A stretch of DNA of 63,513 nucleotides, counting the filler, from Octopus bimaculoides (lineage: Eukaryota), in the NCBI RefSeq assembly GCF_001194135.2. It is 3 parts of 3 records of this genome, joined end to end, with 100 filler letters (N's around TTAATTAATTAA, not from the genome) between each part and the next. Parts side by side here need not be neighbours in the genome. Positions count along the whole stretch, not along the records: positions 1 to 27,165 come from NC_068983.1; 2 more parts are not named here. One strand, given 5' to 3'. Shown here piece by piece: positions 1 through 12,118 of the stretch. Made by a program: the position numbers and the translations under genes. A model generated the notes under the pieces. That model saw only the letters and a list, made by a program, of their open reading frames with translations, did not search any database and was not told where the DNA came from. Every line of letters starts with the position of its first letter. Position 1 is the first letter of the stretch.

Positions 1-228
1 AGGTATAATAAAAAAATATTCAGACAAATACATAACAAAAACACCAGGACTTACAAATATATACAACATACATAAAATTGCACTACTGGGTACTACACAC
101 ATTCTACGCAAAACACTTTCAATACAGTAAACATGAGAGCACCACAGCAAACCACAGCACATACCCAAGGCGCACAGAGCTGCGCTCGGTAGTGAAGTGA
201 AAGCACGTTATAAAAATAAACTACTGAA
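1..228 (+). mobile_element. 3' end and 3' UTR of an R4/Dong-type RLE LINE, ending at (TAA)n
   Basis: Near-identical to 4552-4615 plus 5060-5228 and to 41060-41446 (aaaattgcactactggg...gctgcgctcggtagtg...tactga). Followed by aataataataataa. Confidence 0.85.
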
Positions 229-379
229 CAATAATAATAATAATAAATGAAAAATAGAAAATAACTATGTAACAAAACAATAAAACAAAAGATAAAGAGG
301 ATACTTTGGAGGTGAAACAAAAAAAAATGAAACAGAGCATAGTAGCAATAACTAGCAGCATAAAACGGTATGAACAACG

Positions 380-1235
380 AGAACGCTTCTTCAAACAAAA
401 CAGGGAATTCAAAATAAATACAAAATATTGTATATAAACGGAATAAAAACTATATCAATAGATGCAATGCCAAGAAAATCAGCGATTCAGTCATACTGGG
501 CAGCAATATGGACCATCCCCCACCAAAAAAAAAAAAACAAACCTGCAAAGATGCCCAGTGGATTAGTAGGGAAAAGGAAAGGAAGATCAGAATGGAACAA
601 CAGATATGTACTGCCATCACAGGCCGAGAGAACATGGATACACTGAGGAGTACCAGCAACTGGAAAACTCCAGAGATAGACAAGGTCCCCAACATCTGGT
701 TGAAACAATTCAGCAGTACTCATAACCACTTAGCGGCAGCGTTCAGTTTATTGATAAGTGAGCGAGAATCAAAATGGATGCTGGAAGGAAAAAAACATCC
801 TAATTCTCCAAAACAAAGACACCGTACACCCAGCACGCCTATCAACATCCTACAAACCCCTAACATCAGTCATGTATTACCGACTTGTAAAGCACCTGGA
901 AAACAACACTGTCTTACAAGAAGAACAAAAGGGTGCCGGATAGGGATGTATGCCTGTAAAGAGAGCAACTAATGGTAAACCGAGTGGAGCATTGGGCATG
1001 ATAAGAAAATCATATGAATAAAAAATATTGTAGCTACACCTGGATCCTTAACACTACACATTGTCCAAAGTATAACAATGCCAGGAACGGCACAATTTGT
1101 ACCCATGACACTATCAAACCAATAATAGAACCTAAACAATAGAACCCACAAATACAAGATACCTTCTATAGAGTAATTACCCAGGGAAATAAACTCCAAC
1201 CAGCAACCTAGGAAACCAAATTGTTTGGATGACAT
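380..1235 (+). mobile_element. Degenerate, internally deleted R4/Dong LINE fragment
   Basis: Translates to pieces matching the 2151-5228 element (W..PEIDKVPNIWLKQ; EEQKGCRIGMYACKE). Many stops and frameshifts. Confidence 0.65.
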
Positions 1236-2078
1236 TTGACGATGTCACATCTCGTCAGCCCTATTTTAAGCATTCTCACAGGCTGTAGTAGAAAGGTAAT
1301 TACCAACCGCAATCTAAATTCATTTACAGTCTCTATTATCTTCATGTTTGCATCTGTTAGTCCCATAAACTCGCGCCAAACTTATGAGCTGTCTCAAATC
1401 AAACGATTTCTATGTATGTTCTAAATGTGTCTTCGTTGTTGAATGTGTAGTTCATGGTACCATATATTTTCTTCTGTTGTTTGGGAGATTTTTCTCGAAA
1501 TTTCTTCAAGAACTTGTAATATATGTTGGGGCACTAATTCGGCGCAAGATTCATCTTTGAGAAGAAAAAAAAATTATTTTTTCTTGCTTTCACACAGATT
1601 ATATCCTGCGGAAAAGAGATAGTTTTTACGAAATTCTTCCAAATCTTCTAGCTGATTGTTTTGCTGATAAATGTTTTAAGTATATATATGTATATATANN
1701 NNNNNNNNNNNNNNNNNNNNNNNNNNNNNNNNNNNNNNNNNNNNNNNNNNNNNNNNNNNNNNNNNNNNNNNNNNNNNNNNNNNNNNNNNNNNNNNNNNNN
1801 NNNNNNNNNNNNNNNNNNNNNNNNNNNNNNNNNNNNNNNNNNNNNNNNNNNNNNNNNNNNNNNNNNNNNNNNNNNNNNNNNNNNNNNNNNNNNNNNNNNN
1901 NNNNNNNNNNNNNNNNNNNNNNNNNNNNNNNNNNNNNNNNNNNNNNNNNNNNNNNNNNNNNNNNNNNNNNNNNNNNNNNNNNNNNNNNNNNNNNNNNNNN
2001 NNNNNNNNNNNNNNNNNNNNNNNNNNNNNNNNNNNNNNNNNNNNNNNNNNNNNNNATTATCTATCAGATGGTAATAGT

Positions 2079-2082
2079 AATG

Positions 2083-2150
<68 letters not shown>
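2079..2150. repeat. (AAT)n microsatellite at the 5' junction of a Dong element
   Basis: Direct reading. Confidence 0.95.
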
Positions 2151-2151
<1 letters not shown>

Positions 2152-2527
2152 GACATTACTGCAGCACCAACAGCAGAAGAAGTGGAAGAATTTTGGAAGG
2201 AAATATGGTCGGTGAAGGAGCAACCTCAGCACCTGAGCAACTCTTGTCCCCTATAGCAACTGCAGAGGTCACCCAGGCACTGCAGAGATTAAGCAAATGG
2301 AAGGCACCTGGGCACGACATGATCCCCAACTTCTGGTTAAAATATCTGAAAGGGATGCACAAAAAGCTGGCTGAAAACTTTAACGACATTCAATGCTTGA
2401 ATGAAACACGAAGGGGAAAACCATCCTAATTTCCAAATCCACGGAAACGTCGAAACCACAAACCTACCGACCTATAACCTGTCTCCCTAGAATCTACAAA
2501 GCCTTTACTGCAATAATATCGCAGAGA

Positions 2528-3271
2528 TTGAGTAAGCACCTGGAAGATAACAACCTGTCTCTAGAAGAGCAGAAGGGATGCTGGAAGGGCTCATACGGCT
2601 GTAAAGATCAATTAATGATCAATAAAGCCATAACTGAAGACAGCCTCAGAAAGAAGAAAGGCCTCAGTATGGCCTGGATCGACTACCGAAAGGCTTTCGA
2701 CAGTGTTCCCCACGCGTGGATCCTCGAAACACTTGCCATAAAGAAGGTGGCACCAATAATTATAAAATACATAAGACACTCTATGAATAAATGGCGGACA
2801 TTGTTACAGCCCCGAACAAAAGAGGGATTCGTGAAAACCAAAGCCATCCCTATTAGAAGAGGAATATTCCAGGGAGATACGCTCTCTCCACCCCTGTTCT
2901 GCTTGGCACTGACACCTTTATCTGAATTGCTAAATAGAACTGGATGCGGATACAAATGTTACGGCAAAACAATCAGCCATTTTGTATTTATGGATGACCT
3001 AAAACTATACGCTACAAATGATAAACAACTGGAAACACTACTACAGACAGTACATGGATTTACCAAAGAAATAGATATGAAATTCGGATTAGTAAAATGT
3101 GCCAAACCAACCCTGAAAAGAGGAAAACTAGTTAAGAGTAGCAACATTACACTAGATAAAACTAATGAAATAAGAGAATTAGAGCAAAGCCAGACATACA
3201 AATATTTAGGAATCAATGAACTACATAGGATACAACATACACACATGAAAGAGAAAATAAAGAAAGAATAA
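2528..3271 (+). pseudogene. Reverse transcriptase core of the Dong/R4 element
   Basis: RT motifs as above. Bounded by stops inside a longer disrupted ORF. Confidence 0.9.
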
Positions 3272-4615
3272 TATACACGAGTCAGATCAATACTAAAAAC
3301 AGAGCTCAATACTAAAACACGATGATAGGTATTAACACTTTAGCTGTCCCAGTTATAAGTTACAGCTACAATATCCTTAACTGGACACTAAACGAACTAA
3401 CGAAAATAGATAGGAAAACAAGAAAAATAATGACAGGATCTAGGATGCACCACCCAAAATCTGACATAGAAAGGCTATATATACAACGTACATATACAGC
3501 TGGAAAACTATTATAAAATAACCACCACAGGACTGCAAAATACTTACTTCAGAAGCAAGGAAAACTATTACAAATAACGACAAAACTCGAACAAAACAAA
3601 ACACTGCTTTCAGTATTTAAGGAAGTTGATAAATACAAACAAGAAATCATACTACCTNNNNNNNNNNACAGGACTGCAAAATACTTACTTCAGAAGCAAG
3701 GAAAACTATTACAAATAGCGACAAAACTCGAACAAAACAAAACACTGTTTTCAGTATTTAAGGAAGTTGATAAATACAAACAAGAAATCATACTACCTAA
3801 CAAATACAAAGAAGAAGAAGAAGAAGAAGAAGAAGAAGAAGAAGAAACAACAAAAGCTATAAGACAAATGAAATCCAAACTAAAACTAGAAAAGCAACGG
3901 ACCATGATAAAACGATGGCAAGAAAAGCCCCTACATGGCAAATACCGGGCTAAACTAAATGCAAAAGAAATAGACAGAGAAAAATCCCAGCAATAGTTGA
4001 GAAGCTCAAGACTCAAAGCAGAGACTGAATGATTTTTAATTGCTGCACAAGACCAAAGCGTCACCACCAGAAATTATCAAAGAGATATAATGAAAAGAAA
4101 CCTAACAAGTAACTGCAGAATATGTGGCGATGGACAAGAAACAATAAATAATATTATCTCTGGCTGCCCAGTCCTGGCTAAGAAGGAATATATTCACAGA
4201 CATGACAGAGCTGGGACCTACGTACACGGAAAGCTATGCCAACACTATGGAATAACAACAGAAAAAAATGATATAGGCACACCCCAAAAAATGTCACAGA
4301 AAAAGAGAAAGCAACCAAACTCTGGGATATGCTAATACGCACAAAAAGAGAAATTAAGGCTGATAGGCCAGATATAGTTGTTAGAGATCATGAAGGAAAA
4401 AAAATGCTTTCTAATTGATGCATCAATACCAGCAGATGACAACGTTTCTCTAAAAGAAATGGAGAAACTTTAAAAATGCAAAGACCTGGAAATAGAGATA
4501 ACTCGAATGTGGAATCTAAAAACAGAAACAATTCCTATCATAATAGGCGCCTTAAGTATGATAAAAAAAATATTCAGACAAATACATAACAAAAACAGCA
4601 GGACTTACAAATATA

Positions 4616-5059
4616 CCGTAAACCCTCAAGTATAATCCGCACTTTTTCCCCAAAATTTAAAGGTCAAAATTTCTAGTGCGTACTATATACGAAATTAAAA
4701 AATGAAAAATATTTTCTAAGCAAAATTTTCTAAGTGATAAATATGTAAATGCAGTTTACTTACTATTTATTTTTCAGTGACGTTATTACTGTTATTTCTT
4801 TATTTTCTGCAAACAAAGTGCACAAAAAAGCTACACGTTTGTATTATGTTATATATACAATAATAATTAAGGACGTTACCGTATATACGTTTACCAACCA
4901 AGGACGTTATATAGACCTCCTTGTTAGAGACGTTATATAGACCTCAAGTTAGAGATGGGGTGTATATTATACACAAGGTTTAGGTTTTTCAGAGTTACAG
5001 CTCCCTAAAAATCCCCTGCGTATTACACACAAGGGCGGACTATACTCGAGGATTTACGG
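4616..5059. mobile_element. Tc1/mariner-superfamily MITE (444 bp) inserted into the Dong 3' end
   Basis: TIRs CCGTAAACCCTCAAGTATAATCCGC and GCGGACTATACTCGAGGATTTACGG. TA duplicated at 4614-4615 and 5060-5061. The Dong sequence resumes on the far side. Confidence 0.9.
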
Positions 5060-5224
5060 TATATAACATACTGAAAATTGCACTACTGGGCACTGCACAC
5101 ATCCTACGCAAAACACTTTCAATACAGTAAACATAAGAGCATCACAGCAAACCACAGCACATACCCAAGGCACATAGAGCTGCGCTCGGTAGTGGAGGGA
5201 AAGCATGCTATAAAAATAAAATTA

Positions 5225-5226
<2 letters not shown>

Positions 5227-5287
<61 letters not shown>
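5227..5287. repeat. (AAT)n at the Dong 3' junction
   Basis: Direct reading. Confidence 0.95.
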
Positions 5288-5289
<2 letters not shown>

Positions 5290-5449
5290 TAAATATCAAT
5301 AAAATCCTCTCCATGGCAAATACCCATAAAGATCTAATAGTGCCGATATTGACAAAACTCTTAACCATCAATGGTTAGTGTCTTCTTGCTTAAAATCAGA
5401 AACAGAAGGGTATATCAAAACCAATACCTAACTGCAAGCAGCTACGAGA

Positions 5450-5548
5450 ATAGATAGGAAAACAAGAAAAATAATGACAGGATCTAGGATGCACCACCCA
5501 AAATCTGACATAGAAAGGCTATATATGCAACGTACAGAAGGTGGTAGG
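5450..5548 (+). mobile_element. Short Dong RT C-terminal fragment
   Basis: Nearly identical to 3407-3490 (MTGSRMHHPKSDIERLY). Confidence 0.8.
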
Positions 5549-6199
5549 GGTCTTATACAGACAAGCCGATCAATCAAGTGTCGAGTCCATGCCAGATTTC
5601 ATAACGCTACAAGATGGCACAAAATTTTCCTGCTAAGGGCAGAATGCTGTGATCTCAACTGTGGAGGGAAATACATCACCTCAAAGCATTTAGCTGACAG
5701 TAAAAAAACCCAACCCTCCTGCCAACACCATCGCCGCCGCCGCAGCAGCAGCCAAACACCAACAACACCAAAAGTAGCAGCAATAGCAACAACAAGAGAC
5801 AGGTAGCCACAACACCACCAACAAGAGAACCGAAACTAACAGCTGCGAAAAGCGCATCAGCAGCAATTATTGCAGCATCCACTGCAACAGAAGCACCACC
5901 TACAGCAACAACAACTGCTATATAACTTTTCAGACAAAGAAAGCTATTTCAACAAAGTACCAAAATCCTTCAGACCAATATCACCCATGAGGAGCTTAAA
6001 TGGAATGCGGTCACAGAAGCCGAGAAAAGAAAGAACAAAAACATACAAAAAAACCCCCAAAAAAACTGGATGATACGAATAAATGAGTAAGATGTCTTTG
6101 AGCAACAATACTTATACAGGTGCAAGAGAGGAACATCTAGCGAAAAGAACTACAGGGTCAGCATCTCAAACAAACGCAGACCGTCGCAGCAAACCTGAG

Positions 6200-6830
6200 A
6201 ATTGGAACTATTAAGGAAGTAAAGGAAGGACTCATAATGACTGTTTAAAGCCAGTCATTGCGGAAGAATATCGTTATGGTCGAAATAGACATACCAGGGA
6301 AGAGTACAAAGTGCAGAGTTTGTAATGAGAAAAAGGAATATGTTATGTCCAGTGGAATTCCCTGTAGTCGTTTGACACACAAGGAACATAAACCAGGTCA
6401 TGACTGTGTGACCAATGCACTACACTGAGACATAATACGACAAAGAATATTTGAAGTAGGAAGAAAATGAAATGAACGGCAACCACGAGTGTAATAGAGC
6501 ACGACCAGTACAGATGACAATATATCATGGTTTTGGACGCGTGAACAAAGAGCGCATTAGCTTAATTTGGCTACACCTGCTTACGTAAATGTAGTGGTCA
6601 AAGAACAGAAGAATATACAAAAAAAAACTAGGGGTTAGCTAGAGAAATACGACGACTGTGAAGGATTTCTACAAAAGTAATCCCAGTTGTTATTGGTACC
6701 ATAGTTACCATCACCAACCAGACTTAACATTTCCCTTATTGAGATTCGTGTTATTAACAGTGTTACATTAATTCAGAAATCTACTCTAATGCAAACGGCA
6801 AAGAATGAAAGAATCCTCCATGATGTCAAC
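6200..6830 (+). mobile_element. Degenerate zinc knuckle plus RLE of a second R4/Dong-like family
   Basis: Manual translation: EGLIMTV*SQSLRKN...KCRVCNEKKE...HKEHKPGHD, then VIPVVIGTI. Confidence 0.6.
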
Positions 6831-7919
6831 GAAGATTGTTGTGAACCGGTATCAAGGACGTTGATTCTGAATGTACAACGTTCGTGCACATCATGATTAA
6901 TAAAATCATTAAAGAAATGGAATCGAAATGCTTATTAATTTTGCAAGTTACATGTGTGCATATTTCATACAAGTACTAAAGGGTATAGTTATATCTATTT
7001 ATAAGTAACTGTGTTAAATAAGTGTATGTCATAGAGCCTTTGGTAAATGACATTTGTGTCGAAGAGAAATCAAAATATTTTGCACATGCTTTTCTGAATA
7101 ACGTTTAAGAAAAAATTCTTGAAAGTATTTTTTCAGTACTGCGTTCCCACTAAATCAAATGACAAAGTAATTTTAACATAAATTGATTTTCCCATTAACT
7201 TTTAAGCACGTGAATAATTTAAACTAATTTAAAATATTTTTTCAAATAAGTGATTTTAATAGCATACCAATGCACATGTTTGATTTTGTACTCAGAGGAA
7301 ATGAATAAAACCTGGGTGTCCATAAAGGAAATAAATAAATCTAATTTAACTATATCACATATACACACATACGTGAATACATCCATACGTATATTCNNNN
7401 NNNNNNNNNNNNNNNNNNNNNNNNNNNNNNNNNNNNNNNNNNNNNNNNNNNNNNNNNNNNNNNNNNNNNNNNNNNNNNNNNNNNNNNNNNNNNNNNNNNN
7501 NNNNNNNNNNNNNNNNNNNNNNNNNNNNNNNNNNNNNNNNNNNNNNNNNNNNNNNNNNNNNNNNNNNNNNNNNNNNNNNNNNNNNNNNNNNNNNNNNNNN
7601 NNNNNNNNNNNNNNNNNNNNNNNNNNNNNNNNNNNNNNNNNNNNNNNNNNNNNNNNNNNNNNNNNNNNNNNNNNNNNNNNNNNNNNNNNNNNNNNNNNNN
7701 NNNNNNNNNNNNNNNNNNNNNNNNNNNNNNNNNNNNNNNNNNNNNNNNNNNNNNNNNNNNNNNNNNNNNNNNNNNNNNNNNNNNNNNNNNNNNNNNNNNN
7801 NNNNNNNNNNNNNNNNNNNNNNNNNNNNNNNNNNNNNNNNNNNNNNNNNNNNNNNNNNNNNNNNNNNNNNNNNNNNNNNNNNNNNNNNNNNNNNNNNNNN
7901 NNNNNNNNNNNNNNNNNNN

Positions 7920-8087
7920 TGCTGGTGTATTTATGTCCCCGTAACTTAGCGGTTCGGCAAAAGAGGCCGATAGAATAAGTACTAGGCTTCTAAAGAATAA
8001 GTCCTGGGGTCGATTTGCTCGACTAAAAGGCGGTGCTCCAGCATGGCCACAGTCAAAAGACTGAAACAAGTAAAAGAGTAAAAGAGT
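7920..8087 (+). mobile_element. 3' half of a cephalopod tRNA-derived SINE (OK/OR-like; same family as 49343-49766)
   Basis: Matches the reverse complement of 49360-49520 (cccgtaacttagcggttcggc...ctccagcatggcc...gactgaaacaagt). Confidence 0.85.
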
Positions 8088-8394
8088 ATACATGTATATA
8101 TATACACATATATATATATAAATAAATAAATAAATATATATATATATCTATATATATGTTTATATATATATATATATATATGGATTTAAAACAAGTTGTT
8201 TTTCTCTTTAGGAGTTCAGCGACTGTGCGTCGCTTAGAAAATATATAGTATTTGCAAATGGAGAGAACCCTTTTCACTAGCCGGTGATTATCTCAGATTA
8301 TGTCGGGTAACTGCTCAGAAACCTAGGTATGTGAGTATAACGTAAGGCTAGAGATGGAAGCGATGGCCTCCCTTGCATATTCTATAGGGTCACA

Positions 8395-8485
8395 TACTCT
8401 GTGTCTGCAGCCAACAAGAAAAGATGGTTTCCTGGGGCTAAAATACAGTAACATCGTCCTTGTATAGGACTGCCACATTTTGTTG
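8395..8485. mobile_element. Diverged terminal remnant of the long-TIR element seen at 61107-62369
   Basis: cctggggctaaaatacagtaacatc resembles cctggggctaaaagcaacagtaacatc at 62298 onward. Confidence 0.6.
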
Positions 8486-8489
8486 CCGA

Positions 8490-8854
8490 ATAAACTTTAT
8501 ATTCTATTCTCTTTGAAAAGAACTCTTTCATTTAAATATATCCATTATAGAGATAAACATAGTGTTTGAATTAATACTACGAGAACAACTGTGTAGGTAT
8601 CCTGAGGCTGTATTTCTTATTAAAAAAACAAGATAACATTAATCAATAAACACGTTGAATTAGCTCTTAGAGTATTTCTTTTGGTAAGGAATGCAAGCGT
8701 ATGCATCATTATAGGCAACGAACACTGTATGTAACATAAATAATGCAAATAACTTATCTCTAAGAAAAAATGGGATAGTAATTTTGCCATTTTATTTTCG
8801 GATATGTTTTCAAATGATAAATATCGTTGTAATAATTGCATACGACACTACGGT

Positions 8855-8887
<33 letters not shown>

Positions 8888-9665
8888 TACTGCCTCTTAA
8901 TCTAATATACATTTCTAAAGATGATCGAAAATAGAACCTTATAAAGCTATACTTCATATATTTTTCATTATCTATAATCTTTCTAGTAGTCCTCTACAAT
9001 TTGATACGTAATATCCTATATGATTAGTCTCCCGAAATTTTCGCCAACATAAGTTCCGCTTTATTTTCATTTTTATGCTGGAGTTCATAAAGATAAAAAG
9101 AAAAATGAAACAAAAAATAAGATAAATAACGATTATATTATATAATGCTGGCGCTAATAAGAGAAAAGATGTATTTTCGTAATATTTGTATACTGTACTA
9201 TATTTGCTTGTTTAGAAACACCGTAATATTACTCTAGAAATTTGCCAATTTATCTGTTGCCATATCACAGCTATCAACCTGACTTTTCAAGTTCAAATAA
9301 GTTACATTCAAGTTATGATTTCTAACAGGAGGCGACACGTGGGATGGAGACTCTCTGAAGAGGTCACAAGATGTTTGACGAAAGATTTAAGTCCTTTTGT
9401 AGCTACCCAGAAAATACCATTAGTATCTAAGGTAAAAATGTGTGTTATAATATTCTATGGAGATCTTAGAATATATTTCTGCTGAGATATTGCAGCTTTG
9501 TAAACGGCAACGTTTCAAGGACAAAATCATTTAACACATCGAGGAAATATTTACCGACTTTAATCTCCTTTGGTTTAAGTGGCAAACATTTCAAATCCTG
9601 AAATCCACTAAAAGAACTGGGCCCTAAATATCCGATCATATTTCCTGTCAAACTCACATACATAG
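8490..9665 (-). pseudogene. Toll-like receptor pseudogene 1 (distal LRRs, TM, TIR)
   Basis: One minus frame from 9663 reads YVSLTGNMIGYLGPSSFSGFQDLKCL...KLQYLSRNIF*...VFSG*LQKDLNLSSNIL*. A TM-like run FLLLAPALYNIIVIYLIFCFIFLFIF (about 9165-9090) is followed by basic KMKIKR. A TIR-end-like EIQPQD...VLIQTLCLSL*W...ERVLFKE lies at about 8610-8510. Many stops, and a (TA)n insertion at about 8857-8886. Confidence 0.55.
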
Positions 9666-9730
9666 TATATCAAACCTAGTAGCGGCGAGGAAACAACTTC
9701 TCTCTAAACAATTACAGATCCTCTAGAAAT

Positions 9731-9789
<59 letters not shown>

Positions 9790-9860
9790 GCTGCTACTGC
9801 TGCTGCTGCTGCTGCCACGACCACGACCACCACGACCGCCATCACCACCACCATCACCAC
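9731..9860. repeat. Compound (CTA)n/(CTG)n/(CAC)n microsatellite
   Basis: Direct reading. Confidence 0.9.
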
Positions 9861-9929
9861 ATATTAACTACATTGCCTTCAGCAAGAATAGCATAGACAG
9901 GAACGGTAGTCTTTTCTAGACCTGCTTAG

Positions 9930-10620
9930 AAGGATATGACTTCGCTAACCATAGTTACTAAATACCTGATGTACAAATGGGACAAAGATACTACCAAACC
10001 TCCACGTTGTGATAAAAATTACTGGGTCAGCTATATCTGTGTGGGAGACATCACGCGTACCATAATCTGCTGCTCCAAAATGTCTACGAGATAGGACCTA
10101 CACCGGAGGCATGAGATAGTTGCGAAGATCTTTTACAATGCTATCCGCGAGATGGTCTGCCCTGGCGCATACATCAAAAGTATGTCAGAACCAGCAAGTA
10201 CGCACATCTCTAAAAGCAAAGAATACTGGTGGGACAACCCAATAAAAACATCAATTGGCAAATATAACAAGTCTAATGTTGTTCGGTGGGACAGGGAAAG
10301 AAGTGTCATGCACTACTGTGCAGATCAGTTGCCCAGCGGATGCGAATGTACAATCAAAAGTACAGGAAAAGGCGCAATTTTATGGCGAATTAATGCAGAA
10401 CTTACAGAGTTCTTTTACCCTGACTATGAATTGTCATTTGTACTGAACATCATAAGTTCATTCAGTTATGTACTCATAAGTTTGCACAAAAACCTACAAA
10501 TACTTCGTTTCATTGAAAAAGAGCAAAAGTAACTGACGCGCTTTCTCTAAATCCCATCTATTAGTGGTACAGTGAATATTTCTAAGCACATTCGAGACAT
10601 TCTCCATCTGAGATCCTAAT
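9930..10620 (+). mobile_element. RLE-type non-LTR retrotransposon 3' fragment (third family)
   Basis: LHRRHEIVAKIFY...EYWWDNPIKT...WDRE, frameshifted QISCPADANV..K..EK..YG.L and FYPDY. Typical zinc-knuckle/RLE region. Confidence 0.65.
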
Positions 10621-11861
10621 GTGAATAGATGGCCATACTTGGCTGTATGTCTCCACATATTCACAAACACCGTGAAGTGTCTTAACTAAAAAAACGTCTT
10701 GTTGCTCCGGTAGTAACCACCTTGAACTCGATCAAGAATAACTCGGAGAAAAACTCAAAGAAAAATTATCCATCCATGCATGCAACCATCCATACAAACA
10801 TACATGAATTATGTATACAATTCTGTGCCTACATTCGTATCTGTGTCGTATATACTACTACATGATAATGCAACAGATTAAGTCCATGTATATCGGAAGA
10901 TAACTTAATCATTATGTAGGTAGAGATGGATATAATATTCGCAAGAATGTAACATTTAGCTAGGTCGATAGAGTAAAGTATAAAAATCTTTGATGGAAAT
11001 ACTTACAGTGTGAATGGTCTCCAATTACGGAAACCACTATGTGTGTAAAACAATATACGCGTCATAATGACTTTAAATCTCGCATTTATTATGTCCTATT
11101 AATATTATTCATGTAGATCAAATTTATAATGTACAAAAAATACTATTTGAACACCGCATTTTTGATGAAATATATTCACAGTATATCAGTATGTGCGTTA
11201 TATTCGGTGATGTATTGATAATTTAACTTGATGCTTCACTATATGAAATAAATTATTTTTTTACTCGAATTACTGCATCGGACATTGCCTAGAAGGAAAT
11301 TAATTGGTAATAATACAAGCAAGTAAAAGCATATTTAAATTTGTTTTCAAATTAGGTGATACAAAAATGTTGAAAGAAATCAATTTTTATATGTAACATT
11401 TGTAAATATACATTTATAATGCTTTAGATTTTACTGGAACCAACCTTTAGAAAGACATCTGATGTAACATGTCAATGTAAATGATCAATGAATTAATCCA
11501 TATTAAACAAATACACACAAACACAGAAAAGCAGTTACACCAAATGCAGGCACACAGTTACACACATACACACACACACAAACAAACACACACAAACACG
11601 CGCACACACACAAACACACACACACGCTCGTAGATATACACACAGTGCTTAGCGTAAATGTAGCCGAAAATATCGTTATGAATACATTAAAAGTTACAAA
11701 TCCTATTGCCTTCACTGATTAACGACCACATTAAATGGAGAGAAATGTCAGTGAATGTATTGTTTGATGAATTTAAATTTAAATTTAAATATATTATCTA
11801 ATTTATGCAACCAAACCATCGAATCCATTTTAAATATACATACATATATACATTGATACAT

Positions 11862-11902
<41 letters not shown>

Positions 11903-11924
11903 ATTAGTTGAAAAAAAACAGGAA

Positions 11925-12110
11925 AGAAAAAACAAAGAAACGCAGAGAACGTAGCACAAGCAATATATTAAATAAACGCTCGGAGAAGGAAAAGACTAGT
12001 TGTTTTATGTTTCGACCATAGCTCCTCTTCAGAAACAGGAACAAAAACAAAGTCCAAAGAGAAGAAGGCGGATAAAATCCCCAATAATCCACGTGCGATT
12101 ACATTTCTAA
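11925..12110 (-). mobile_element. Penelope-like pseudo-LTR remnant
   Basis: Contains a hammerhead-like core and shares acgct.g..aa..gaaaag with 54753-54848. Confidence 0.45.
12001..12037 (-). ncRNA. Degenerate minimal type I hammerhead ribozyme
   Basis: Minus strand TGTTT-CTGAAGA-GGAGCTATGGTC-GAAA-CA-TA-AAACA. Stem I TGTTT/AAACA and the core CTGANGA/GAAA are present. Stem II is imperfect, and the presumed GAAACGT has decayed to GAAACAT. Confidence 0.4.
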
Positions 12111-12118
12111 AGTACATA

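Larger units (their letters stand above)
2151..5228 (+). mobile_element. 5'-truncated R4/Dong-clade non-LTR retrotransposon (RT + CCHC + restriction-like endonuclease), inactive
   Basis: ORF 2528-3271 has RT motifs WIDYRKAFDSVPH, RGIFQGDTLSP, FMDDLKLY and YKYLG. 4090-4335 has CRICGDGQETINNIISGC...HRHD. An RPDIVVRD...IDASIPADDN RLE follows in frameshifted form. (AAT)n flanks both sides. Confidence 0.92.

Noticed and set aside
10152-10532. LPSGCECT...LT.F looked like an LRR N-terminal cap
   Set aside because: Upstream HRRHEIVAK/EYWWD and the alternate-frame ISCPADAN...EK fit an RLE retrotransposon much better, and it is on the opposite strand to the TLR relics.
10860-11250. LRR-like readings in alternative frames (e.g. 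LYSIDLAKCYI)
   Set aside because: They overlap the better-supported TIR reading (YDAYI, WFP*LE, IKDF). This shows how easily AT-rich DNA mimics LRRs, which is why TLR confidence is kept moderate.
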